From contig OZ059896.1 of the NCBI GenBank assembly GCA_964057225.1, forward strand, positions 10,044,001 to 10,108,000: DNA of 64,000 bases, in the 5' to 3' direction. Positions 12,325 through 25,800 of the stretch are shown piece by piece (position 1 is the stretch's first letter; the number at the start of each line of letters is the position of its first letter). Source of the stretch: Auanema rhodensis (lineage: Eukaryota > Animalia > Nematoda). A program made the translations under genes and the position numbers. The notes beneath the pieces are model-generated. The model was not told the DNA's origin. It did no database searches and was given only the letters and a program-made list of their open reading frames with translations.

Positions 12325-15300
12325 ATGTTTAAATAAACTAATTTTCGGTATTTCCAGTATTCAGTCTTGAACATTGATTATAATCTCTTTTTTTACTCAA
12401 AAATACATTAAAATTCAAAGTTCTTTCCGAAATTATATATTTTAACGCGATTATCTCATTCCACATTGAACGCTCAATGGAAGCAATTAAAGTTTTGTAC
12501 AAACTTTTATCTTTCTTAAACATCACTAGTGACCTTGGCTTCCTGTTATCCATTTTTCTTTTTTTCACATTTGTTTTGTTGTTGAATCATCTGTTTTACT
12601 CTTGTAATCATATACTATATGTGCATACATACTATGTATATATGTATGTAAGACTATAATAAACACAAAAAGTTTTCAATTGAATATACGAAATAGTCTG
12701 TATAATGAATCATCAATTTTATCATTTAGTTCTTTAAATGAAACTTGTCTTTATTCAATTTTTGAAAACAAGAACAGCTTGTTTAACAATGCAATACTTG
12801 TTTGTCCTCAAAGTTTATTATTTGACAGCATTGTCTCAATCTCTCAGTTCTGATTCATTTGTCATTTGTCAAAGTTTCATCCTATTTTTGACTTTTACTC
12901 TTGAACCAATTATTATGTGATTGAAGAAAACTCAAAAATTTGTTGTTTGAAAAACTTGATGCTCATTGAGACTTCTTAGCCTCATTTTGCGACATTTTTA
13001 TAGCATATTCCCATGAAATTGTCGTCCTGGAGCCTGGAAAATAGATGACCAATATTCTTTAAAGCTCATCCTTCTCTTCCACATGTCGATCTATTTCTAT
13101 TCAAATGCAAAAAATCCCCCGGATAGAGATAGATTTCGTTGACAAATATCTCTCCTCATCGCTGCGTTTGAGACTTTGGCTGACTATTTTGGGATTTTTT
13201 TTTGGTAATTCATCAAGTAATCGCCTTGCTATTGAATTTATCACATTTTGCATTCGTTATGAGTTGTCATATCATCAATCTATAATGTTTATGAAAAATG
13301 CTCTACGTGAGGTATGCGCAAGTTTGTGACGATCAGAAATATTTCATTTCTGAATATGCAAACAAATACGAGAAACGGTCGGTTTTTCCTCATCCTTCCT
13401 ATTGCTAATGAATCAGATAGATTATTGGAACAAAATGATTCATTGAAATGAAACATTGTGACAAGAAATATATTAGAATCATCATCACAAATTTCCATTT
13501 TTTAGTTCTTTTGTTTATAACAAAATTTTTTTCTGTTATAGCCTTTTTTAGTTTGCGCCTTATCATCATTATGGGATTGAGTAAGAGTATTTCTTTAAAT
13601 AAATCAAGAATTTTCCTTTTTACTTAGTAAATACAGGCAATTGATGGCTATTAAGAAGAAGAAAAGCGCTGGCTTTATTTGATTGTTGTCCTACTTGTCC
13701 ACTTTATCTTCTCCATCGTCTTCTTCTGCATAGCCTTCTTCAATCCGTATTCTGAAGCTTTGAAGTGAACGTTGTTCATTTGATGTTTCACGATAACGAA
13801 CTTCTGAGTGTGTAAAAGAAAAGGCTTTGAAGATGTACTATATTAACTGAAATTGAAAATATATAATTACATAATCACATATATAGCTTTTGAAATACAA
13901 ATGTATTCATGGTATATATACATCTAGTTTTGTTTTTATATTACTGCTGCATCATCATAGTTTCTTAGCTAACGTTTACTTTCCAGTTTTTATTACATTC
14001 TTTTAAGTTTATTTAGATCTTTTGTCTATTTTTATTTTATAAAAGACAATATTTCCGACTAGTAACGGTAAGTTAGTCATTCGACAGCGATACCTTTTAC
14101 GTAACTAGTTTCTCATCATTATAAATCTTCCATTAAACCCCATAACAATATTTGCAATGTGTCTACTGTTTTTTTAATTTTCTTTCAATATTCACAAATT
14201 TATTTCTTTTATCATTTTTCATCTTCAACATAAAAAAAAACAAATCTCCTTCTTCGAATAGTGTTTTTTGTGAACACAGAAGAACGAAAATGTCGTTGTC
14301 CTTAATAGCCTTTTGACGTGCTTCAAACTATTTTTCTTAATCGGAAACAACGCTTCCACAAGTGGACTGAGGTACGATAAACGTTTTGTCTTCACCCGCT
14401 TTTCATAAAGCCGTGTGTCTGTCTGTGTGTGTATCTCTATGTTGATGGTGTGGGGGAGAGTTTGATGTAAACGGACCAATTCAGAGCGCAATCCGCTGAG
14501 TTCTTGTCCTTTATCTCTGCCTCATTCATCTTGAGAGCCTTTCGCCTGTTTTCTGCTACCATTTTCTAGTCCTCATCTTCTTAATATCTTCCTTATTCAC
14601 ATGGTAGTTATTCTTAATCTATAAATAATTTTTATTATTTATTTTATATTTTACTAATCTACAATATAGATGCGACAGATGCTATAATCGAGTTCAATAA
14701 GACATTGCTTTATATTCAACATATATTGTTAAACGACTTTGCAAATTATTACGCCAATCTGAATCTTCTTTCTTCTTCTTATATAACCTATCGATTTCAA
14801 ATATAAAGTGATCGTTAAAAGTATTACTTTTCTTCAATTCTCTCAGAGCATTACCTCGTCTTCAACGTCACAGCCTATAGTTCTTCTTCTTCTTATTCGT
14901 CGTCGTCGTCGACGTTATCTTGTCACACACTATTCTTTTCGTCGCGAATAACGCCGTTCTTTTAATCACTCCTTCTGTAATTCTTACGCTTATTCCCAGC
15001 TGAGCAGCTCGCGACGACACGAGAGGTTCTAGCCGACGAAAGATTAAGCGTACGATGCGTTTTAACTACCATTTAAGTTTGTCATGTTTTCTTATTCTAA
15101 CACAATACAGCATAATACCATTCGTACTATACTAAACTTTCGTTTTTCCTCATTCATTTTTAACGGTTTACCACTTTTATTGATTTCTTTTCAACTTCTG
15201 ATTTATAATTTGAACCATCTGATGCTCCGACATCGATAGCAAGAGGTCAGCCTAAGCCTAATGGTAATACTTGTAATAAATAAATATTAACATAGCATAA

Positions 15301-18300
15301 CATCTAACATTTATTTACATCAATGTCATATAATTGAACTTAATATATTACTCCTTACAATCTCTTCTATCATATTTCCACGAAAAAATAGAATTTTTTA
15401 CATGTAAGGTAATCTCTTTCTATTATATAAGTTATATGTAACAAATTAGTATTGTTTATATCATTTGTTCGATTATTAAAAGTCAAATCTTGAGTGGGGG
15501 TCAGTACTAATAATTATTGCCAACGAAACGACATGTTATGTATCTGGGTCGACAGGAGGTGACGATGACAACGACGAAATGATACGGACATCGTATCATC
15601 ATCATCATCATCATTGTTCCTTCAATGCCTTCCCTCCATGTTTCCATCTACTTTTTTCATTTTCATGCTTTAATCTCTTTTTTCATTTATTATATTTACC
15701 TCATCTTCTTATTATTAAATTTGTCATCTTTCTCATTAACTTTTAACATCTTGTAATTCTATAATAAATTCGCACCATAACGATAACACAAAACTAATGA
15801 TAATTTTTGATAGAAAAATTACAACTTATCTTTCGTAATTATTGATTCATGCTGTCTGGCGCCTTAAGTCTGTGTCATTTCTGGTCTGACAATACTTTTC
15901 TACATTCAAGGCTTTTCGTGTTTTTTTCTCAATTAATTCTCGTCCTTGTTAGAATTATTCTACTAATATCCACTTTTTTATTCATCGTTTAAATATATTT
16001 TTTACTGTATCTATTTTGATTGTCATGTAAAATGCATCTGTTGACCTCTTATTTTTAAATAGTTCTTCCTCTTCTGATCCTTCACTCCTTCAATATATGG
16101 TTGCGCAATCATATACTTTTAGATTTATTCTTCTATGTTCCTATTGATTTGATTTAGTTTTTTTTTAGTTAAAGTTATAATACATAATTTGCTTATTCAT
16201 TTCCGCCTTTGAACTTTTCTTATCATTCAAATATTTCAAAATCGAAGCTAGTTATCGTGTGGCTTTATTTGAAAATACAAACAATGATATTGACACCTAC
16301 TTAATGATATGGCTGACTAAGTCTTTCTAAAATATTATTAATGCCTGTATTCTTAAGCATTCTTTTTAAAAATTCCTTTCTTTACTGATTATATCATTAT
16401 TAAAATGAAGCCTATAATAGAAACTTGTTTGATTATTTAATCATATTATTCCATTTTTACTAACTATGTGTCTAGTATTTTCTTATTAAGGTTATAGTCA
16501 AACTATGTTAGGGATAAAATCTGTCTGACAAAAGATTAGCCTTAATCACATATACATCAGATTGACAATTAATCTCTTTTAACAATCCCGGACTCATTCT
16601 TATTGCTATTCTTGCACCCTAAGTTAACTGTTTCCTCTTTATTCCGTATCGTATATAGACTTCTGGCTATGTTTTTGAGTTCAATCTCATCACAGGCCCA
16701 AAATAATTCTAAATCTCTACCGATAACACTAATTATTTCTTTAATTTCGTAACAACTGCCAGAGCCATTTTCTTTCTCCCTGTCGGTACTGTTAGAGATA
16801 AATAGAGTTGAATGAGATGGATGAGGTTGATATCATAAAGGACAAATATACAGCATTATATCTTTTTAGATTAACCTCATCCACAATTATTTCTTTTATA
16901 TAATATTATTTAACAAATAATGTTTACTGTATCGTGAAAAAGACTAAATTTATTTTATTTTAATTGAGAAACTGTTGCATCTATATATCTGACCACTTTC
17001 TATTCTGTACAACATGTTTTCTTTATTAAACCCATTGGTCACTTGATTATTACCAAATCGGATTTTGGCTTTTCTATGACTTCCTTTACATTGTGGTCAT
17101 CTAGTTTTATTTCGATTTCACGGCACGGATTTAAATATTGAACAGTTGAACATTTTGAGAGAAGTGGAGGGAAAATAGTTTATACTGTTGGACATTCCTC
17201 ATCGAAATATGTTCTTTTTATTCAGACTTCTTGACGACATAGTTCTGACCCACTCATTAACTTTCTCTTACTTTCTTCATTCTTATTACATCGTTCGTCA
17301 TTTAACAGAAGAAGAAGTACGTCCTCAAAAAGAGGAATTTTCTTTTTTGATAGCCGAATTAAAGATCAGATTTGTTCTTTTATATTCGTAACTTTTAAAA
17401 CAGCTTTGAAAGAATTGCTTTTCGAGTGCTCATTTCCTTTTCCTCATTTCTTTCCCATCATCCCTGAACGGAAACGGAATCGGACCGGAAAAAAAAGAAA
17501 CTGTGAATACATTTAGACAAGAAAAAGTGTCGATATACCGTTCAATATCTATTTTTTCATACAATGTTCTTCTAGAAGTTTTGTTATCTTTCCACTCATT
17601 CTTAACTCGTTCTATCATTTGTACAATATTACTTGTTGGTTTATCCATACTCAAGATCTTATACTTGTCAATTGCTTTGCACGTTTATTGGCTCACTAGA
17701 AATATTTTCAGTTGCTTTTTTTAAAAATAAGTTTATTGTATGCAAAAAAATGTTTCTATTTTTTCTTCATTGAAAAAAGACTTCAATAACCAAATGTAGT
17801 CTAAGACTATTGGGGTGGGGGATGAAATCGAGAAGCAGAATGCCAGACGGATTCCCTACGGCACGATTTATATCATCTTACGACTACTGGCCATCATGGC
17901 CATTCTGGTTCCACTGATACCTCATGTCATGACTAATTTGGCTTCTACTCATCTACATAATCTCTTTCCTCTTTATTTCTTCTCTCATTGTCTCAGCAGT
18001 CTGTCATTCTCATTTTAATGAACGATTTCCAACACATAGTCTCTAATTAACTTCAATATTTTTATCATTAATACAACCTTTTTTTGTGAAGCTACATCTC
18101 AAAGTGCATTTCCACAGTTGACATATCTATGCATCTCTATCATTTAGATCTAACAAATCATTCTGTTCTTCGACAATTTTCTTTAAAAAAAAAAGAGGGT
18201 TTTTCGTTAAATTTCTTTTTTTTTCGCCTAAACATAATCTGAAGTAGGGTTTTTTCTGGCTAAACTAACTATAATTAACGTTAAATATGATATTCAAAAA

Positions 18301-19792
18301 GTTAGTTAAGGCTATTTAATAAAAAAATTGATAATGAACAAATGTTTTTTGATTTCAGTATTTCTATTTTTTTGATTTTGTTCAATTGTTTTCTGCTTAT
18401 CCTTGAAATGTGTATATTTCACAGTTTTGTTCTGTTTTCTATTTCATCTTCTAACGACCTTTTCGTTTCGATTCGTGGAGCCCGATCAGCCAATTTTGCT
18501 GTAATGAGAGATGGCTGAACATTTCGATGTCATCGGTTTTGTCAGTTGAAACAGCTTCTCCTGATATATTGAACTTCAATTGTTGAATATCTGTGATTTC
18601 TTTGATGACTTATATATTTTGCTTTGCTTTTTTTCGACTAAAGAAAATCTTTCTACAAAATATATATATATGTGCATAAATATACATATGTATATTTCTG
18701 GAAGTTCCAAAAAGCATGACTGGTGTTGTTTGTCTGACATCATATGCTCATGCTCTTGTCAATCCGATGAGTTTTTCTCGTAAATGATACAAATTTGATT
18801 TCAAATGACTTTAGAAAGTATTGAAGAAGTTCTCATGACATACTCCATCTTCAATTGAACCTAATTCGGACGACTTCTGCATCCCAATCACGCACCCCAG
18901 AGGAACTAGAAGTTCCGGTGATTATCCGATGCTTCTGCTCCGATTTTTCTTCGACTTTCAATCTTTTAGCTCTTTCTATCTAAGTTTGAGCAATAGAATA
19001 AGCATAGTCTGTCATTAATACGTATGTCTACAAGAGAATATAATGTTTACATGGGTTCCTTTAAACTATCCTATAAATATCCTATAAACTCTGTCTGTTT
19101 GGTACCGAAATTCGATTCACCTATACGTTATTTTTGTTTAATTGCTACGTAATTTTTCGTACAGAAGAGTTACTGTCTTATTCTTGTTACGTACTGATGA
19201 ATAATAATCAAAATTAGATTGGTTTCTTCGCTAATATTGAAACTATCATTTTATGCCGATTTTTGTTGTTAGGTTGATTAACCTTCTGATCATATACTTT
19301 GGGAATATATCTACTAGCTTAAACATATGAGTAAATCATAAAAGAGATAAAACACTTCAATGTATCTTGTAGAGATTTAGAGAACAGCAGATAGAAGACA
19401 AAGCTTATCATCGTTGTAAATCGTTGTATGCGGTTCTCCTCACCTCTTTTTCTATCAACAGAAGACCCTCCCTCCATAGTTAGAGACGCAGCGTAGGTCT
19501 ACCCCGTTCTTATCCTCTAGTTTGTCTGGCTACTCCTTTCCAGCCCATTATTTCGCCACTGTCCATCTCATAACTCGCCCCACCCCTCACAAAATGATTC
19601 AAACTATTGTCCATTATGGAAGTAACCATATGATTTTATTCTTGAAATTCTATTTGCCTTCAATTTTGGGTTTGTTGCTCTATTCATGCTCCAGCTATTT
19701 CCATTTTCGGATGGCGCTTACTTTCAAAGCACATCTCTTTTTTTTCTATTCGTTGTTTTTTCGATAACATATATCTCACCTTTTCTTACACA

Positions 19793-19804
19793 TTTTTTTT
19801 ACAG
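19793..19804 (+). promoter_or_regulatory. Splice acceptor upstream of the plexin ATG (trans-splice site or end of a 5'-UTR intron)
   Basis: ttttttttacag ends 42 nt before the ATG at 19847. Confidence 0.55.
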
Positions 19805-19846
19805 ATTTTATTGACTCTTGTTATCATGAGATGATTATAAGTAAAA

Positions 19847-22800
19847 ATGCGCAGTCACATAGAATATCACGGCGTTCAGCCTCCCGGAAAATCGTGGAAA
19901 TTCTTAGATCTTGGTTTTTTCTATAGATGCTTCATATTTTCTCTTTTTCTATCCCAAGTTAAAGGTATATATGAAGGAGATGATTGGAAAGTTTTCACAA
20001 ACCCTCATCTCGAAGAAGGATTCGTCTTTGAGAAAATGGTTAGTGATACTATTACTTCAATGAAATCAAATTGTATTCAAACTATAAACTATTCTGAAAG
20101 CGCTTCATGCTTTGAAGTTAATTTATTTCATATAATTCAAAATATCATAAACATCAAAACAACGTAAAACTCCTAAGAGTTATTTTACGATCTTCATTTA
20201 AGGCCGTTGATCCGTCAACTACCAGGATATTTGTCGGAGGAGTCAATCATCTCTACGACATATCTTCAGCTGATCTCTCTGTACGCGTTCATGCTGTTAC
20301 GGGTCCTGAAGATGATTCTTTTGATTGTAGAGGTAGGTGTATTTTACTTTTTTCTTCTTCTATTTGATCTTTATTATTGTGTGGTTATTGGACAGAGGTT
20401 TTTTGACCGCTGCGTGACTAGAAAAATACAATTCTTTCTGCTAGTTTCTTCATTGTTTGATTTTGATCGACTCGTTCGATTCTCCCAATATTAAGTTTTT
20501 ACTAAATGTTCTCACATCTGAGTTCATTTTAGGGAGTACTTTTTTCCTTTTGTTTGTGACCCGTTTGCCTTCATATCCACATACCCCACTGTGCCGCATC
20601 CCATTCACACGTCTATGTCCTCCAGCTAGGAGGGATTATGCTGACAATCCCTCTTGGATTTTTTTGTTTAAAGGGTCAACCTTGATTATTCATTCATTAA
20701 TGTACGAAGTCGGACCATTCTGAGCTACTTCAACTGTATTTACCGAAATTCCAACTTGTTGTGCTGTAAAGAGTGGTTTTGAATTTTTGCATTATAGTAG
20801 ACTTGTATTGAGATTCCGTGAAGGGTGGGCTCAGTTACGTTAATGAATGAAAGGATTGTTTGAGTTTTAACTATGAAGTTTCACTTGAAAGATCATCATG
20901 CTCTAGAGAATGTTGTTGAACATTGGGAGAACTAGCGAGAAGAGTCCGGGAACCACGACATTTGTGCACTCATGGGTATCGAATGAGTGAGTTCGATATA
21001 CTCTAGGGAAGGGAAATGTTGACACATTCGGATGGGAGTACAGGGCGCTCAAGATTTTGTCTTTGGTCTTCCGTATATTATTTTTAATAAAGGAAACACT
21101 AATTATGACCCCAGAAGATATCGAATTGGCACTATGTGTAAGATGTCCTAATTGTGCAAAGGAGACTTTGTCTTGTCTTTGTTCTTTTGATTGGCACATG
21201 CACGCGATATAACTTCTACCTAATGAACATAATAATAAATAGAAGGCATGCTAGACTTCGATCAATTTGTGTATTCAGACTATTGGGTGGTCATTGCGGG
21301 GGGCAATGAACATTATACATTTTTATTTCCTTAGAAAGCATATTACACTCGATTCAAACCGTCGTCTGTCTTAAAAATTGGCAGCTGCCTATTTTTTGCT
21401 GTCGGTAAACTCTCTCGTACACTTATGGTAGTAGTAGAGGATTAGTGGGTTTTTATTTGAGATAACTTGATTCGCCGCCACTTGTCCGTATGTTTAGTGC
21501 AGGAGATCTGTTAGATTAATACCAAAATAGTAACCAAAGAGTAGAGGCTTCGGCATTCGGGTCAATGAGTTGACCAAGTGACGATGAGGATGATACCGCA
21601 AAGACGACAAATTTATGGCTTTACAAATTTGAAGAAGGGGTGGCTGGTGTTTTCATATTCCGACTTGTTATAAATCTATTATTTTACAATGCTTTCAGGA
21701 CGAAACGATGCATGTTCTGTTCAACGTTATAAAACCAATTCTTATTGCAAGGCCTTAGCTATCGATGACAAGTCTTCTCGTCTTATAGAATGCTCCAATT
21801 TGTATCAAGTAAGCGTTTATTGCTTTATTCTCTTCTACAATTATCATATATAGGGACGATGTCGAGTACGTAATTTACATAACATAACACAATCCTTGGT
21901 TGAATCTGGAGATCCGCTTCTATCGAACGATGAAAATTCTAGCTCAGTAGTTTTTGTGGGAAATGGTTCTGATGACATTGAAGGTCCAGTTCTCTATGTT
22001 GCTTCAACATATGTGAATGGGAAGGTATTTAGAAAATCTTCATATTTCGAATACTTAATTTTGATGATTTTTTAGTTTCGCGACGAAATACCAGCTGTTG
22101 CAGCTCGGTCCCTCTCTGACTATTTTGAGTTAGCAGCTAAAGACATTGCCACCTCAACTGCCATTAGCGTGGAAAGAAAGTATAGATCTACTTATAGGTG
22201 ATTAATTTCTTAGGATTTGTTTTAATTTTTATTGTCTGCAGAATTAATTATGTGAACGGGTTCCAAGTAGGTGATTATGCATACTTTGCAACACGGCAGG
22301 GAAAAACTATAGCTGAAGATTCACAAATTCAATCCCGACTTGTGCGAGTTTGTACTGGTGATAAGAAGTTTTATAGTTATACTGAGGTATTAAAGCTCAC
22401 CAGCTCTATAGATATGAAACATTTGTTTAGGTTCCATTGGAATGTTCAACGAAAGATCAAGATTATAACTTACTTCAAGATCTTTATATTGGCACAGCTG
22501 GTTATAATTTGGCTAATTCCTTAGGCATAGCGTGAGTAATTCAACACTTAAAATCAAAATGCTCGAACTTACTAAATTCTTCTTTTACAGACAAGGGGAA
22601 CAAGTTCTGTATGGAGTTTTCTCTGCTAGTGATCCCGATTCTCATAGGAGGGAATCTCCATCGAAAAAATCTGCTGTTTGCATTTATCAAGTTGGTTGAC
22701 TAACTTAAAAATTAATTAGTTAATTATATTTAGATGAAAAAAGATGTCGAGGCTATGTTCCAAACAAATATAATGAATTGCTATCAAGGAAAAGTTACTA

Positions 22801-25800
22801 AACAACTTCCTTGGTTTAAGTCAGCTGATAAATGCGAAGAAACCCGTCTGCAATGGGAATTCGTGAAATGTGGAAAAGATGTCAATAGTATTATTGGTTC
22901 GATATATACGACTATATTTATAAAATAAATTCTGTTGCTTAAGGTGGTGGTTTGCCCATAAAAGCAACTCCAGTTTTTACGGTTGAAGATGCTAGATTTA
23001 CAGCAATTGCTGTTAATACAACTCATGGAAACACTGTTGCTTTCATAGGAACCGACTCCGGAGTTCTTCTTAAAGTAATTTTTTGGCGAATATGTTTTTT
23101 TAAACTTGTTGTTTTTAGACACTAATTATAAATTCTACAACTGCCGTTCAATATGGTTCTGAAGAAGTTTCTCACAATGAACCCATTCTTCAGGACCTTG
23201 AGTTCAATGAGAATGGAAAATACATTTATGCTTTAACGCCTAGTAAGGTAAGCTTTGTTAATCTGGAGCTTGAAGCTCTCAAGGAGGAGCACTGGAGAAG
23301 ATTCAATGGAGTCTTCAGTTTTGGATAATTTATTCTAATAGCCTCTGCTAAGTCTAAACCCTAATTACCAACTGAAAGACACCGGATATCCACTCGAGTG
23401 CCCTTCCTTAAGGCGAACACAAGGCCTTTAATTATACCCAGCATAAGCCTTTCTAAACAGAGGTTCTATTGAATGTAAAATTTTAACTATTTCAATTTAA
23501 GCTCGTAAAACTGCAAACATCAGCTTGTGATGTGAATGCTACTACTTGTGGTGCTTGTTTAGCGAAGAAAGATCCGTATTGTGGATGGTGTGTAAGAAAT
23601 AATATGTGTACAGAAGAAGAAAGCTGTGAAAAAGTTGTTCCAAGAACATCAGGATGGCTTTCCTTTCAAGATAATCAGTGTCCTAAGTAAATTAATTAAC
23701 TCAGATTTTCTTTTACAATGGTTTTCTAATTACAGTATAAAATCTGTCACACCTGAGAAAATACAGATTACTACTGCGGATTATCTCAATATATCTCTGG
23801 AAAATATTGATATTTCAAAAACTAGATACAAATGCTCATTCCGATTTGATAATGGGAGAGTGGTTGAAACTGAATCTTCTCATCCTGTTCATGGGTTTGT
23901 AAATTTCACAGAAATATTTAAAATATTTTTTTGTAGGAACCTTCGTTGTTCGACACCATCACTCATTAAAATTCCTGCTATTCCTGCAAACGCCTCCCAC
24001 ATCGATGCAACTTTGAGCGTAGTACCTGAAGGACGAACTATTCCCATAGCCTCATCGAAATTCTCTTTTTATGATTGTGGAAGACATACAACTTGCTCTC
24101 AATGTTCGACTAGTCATTTTCCTTGTGATTGGTATGTATGTTTTCATTGGGCTTGATAATAACTTTGAAACTTTACAGGTGCCTAGAATCTAATGAATGT
24201 GTTGCCGGCAAATTAACTGAAGATAAATGTCGCAAACAACATATTGTAAACGGTTTAAGACGTGACGGACCTTCTCGCAGAAAGGGGCCAGAGTGGTGTC
24301 CTCAAATAAAATTAGGCAAAAATAAAATTTACGTTGCCGCTGGGGAGAAGAAGAATATCTCCGTCAACGTTCAAAATTTGGATTCTAGTTACATGACTGA
24401 ATTTCGCTGCGAATTCAAAATTGGAAGTACTGTTCATGAAAGGCTAGCCAAACGAGAAAGTGATAACCGAATCACGTAAGTAGACTTCGGCATTTTTGTA
24501 TTTTTCATCCTATTTATAGATGTGATGAAATGTTGTTCGATTATCAAGGATTCGGTGAAACTGGAGGAAGTACTCCTATAGGGTTTAATGTTATTTGGTC
24601 ATCGAATGAAGCCCCTGTTTCTCATAATCTGGACAATGATGAAGGAACTTCATTGGAAGTATACAAGTGTGAATTGTTAGCTGCTAACTGTGGACAGTGT
24701 CTTACATTGGATTCTGCAAATTTTGAATGTGGATGGTGTGCTTCTGAAAACCGTTGTTCTCGACCTAAATCTTGCAAGTCAGTTTTGAAAAACGTATTCT
24801 TTTCCTAATATTTCTCTTTCTTTAGAGTGAAGTCATCCCGTGATTGGTTGAATAACACTATGATTTGCTCGAATCCGACCATAACCGACTTTTCCCCTAA
24901 AAAGGGTCCATTTGGAGGAAAAACAAGAGTTCGAATTGTGGGAACCAATTTGGGTCGGCGGTTCAGGGACATCCAGAATGCTATCACCATAGCCAATGTG
25001 CCGTGTACTGTTTTGCGAAACGGCTACCAACCAGCCTCCGAAATCGTGTGCGAGACAGGAGAAGATATGCTAAAAAGCAGTAAAGGGCCTGTTGTTGTTC
25101 GCTTGAGGGACAGAGCTGAATATGTTGCCATATCTGATCATTTGTTTGCCTATGTTCATCCGAATGTGAGTCGAGTGCTGCCAGAAGAAGGTCCACGTTC
25201 TGGCGGAACAGATGTAGCTCTTTTTGGGCATCATCTAGACGCAGGAAGTGAAGTGGTGGTATTGTTTGGAAATGTACCTTGTGAGGTTAGTATCACTTAT
25301 TTTGGTATTTTGTTAAAAAATAGTTTTAGGTTAGAGATCGCAATGCTAGCGTACTGATATGTCGGACTACATCTTCAGGAGATTTATATGGACAGCTACC
25401 TTTAAATATATCTTTTGATGGCTCTCCTTCAAAAAATATTATTCCTATAAATTTCAACTTCAAGTAAGTATTTGTGAATCAAATTTGGAAAACATTGAAT
25501 TTAAAGAACATTTGTGTACCATTTGTTTCAGAGCCAATCCACGTTTCTCAAGGATTGATCCTGATATCAGTATTGCATCTGGAGGTATTCAGATCGATGT
25601 TAGAGGGCAAGGCTTTACAATGCTTCAACGACCTTATATGGTGTTCTTAGCTGATGGGTTTGTATATATGTTCCTTAAAGTTTAAGTTTCTGATTTTTAG
25701 AGAAAGTGATCAACCTGGTCCTTACTGTTCCATTAAAGATGATTCTTTGATGGTTTGCGAAAGTCCTCGCTTACCTGGCGGAGAGCGTCATGTTATAGCT

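Noticed and set aside
15250-15261. (GCCTAA)2 nematode telomere-like repeat
   Set aside because: Only two units; no evidence of an interstitial telomere or DNA-elimination break site.
23248-23501. RNase P/MRP, SRP or hammerhead identity for the structured intron
   Set aside because: Conserved cores (CR-I/CR-V with proper P1-P3 context, SRP helix 8, CUGANGA...GAAA) could not be placed on either strand.
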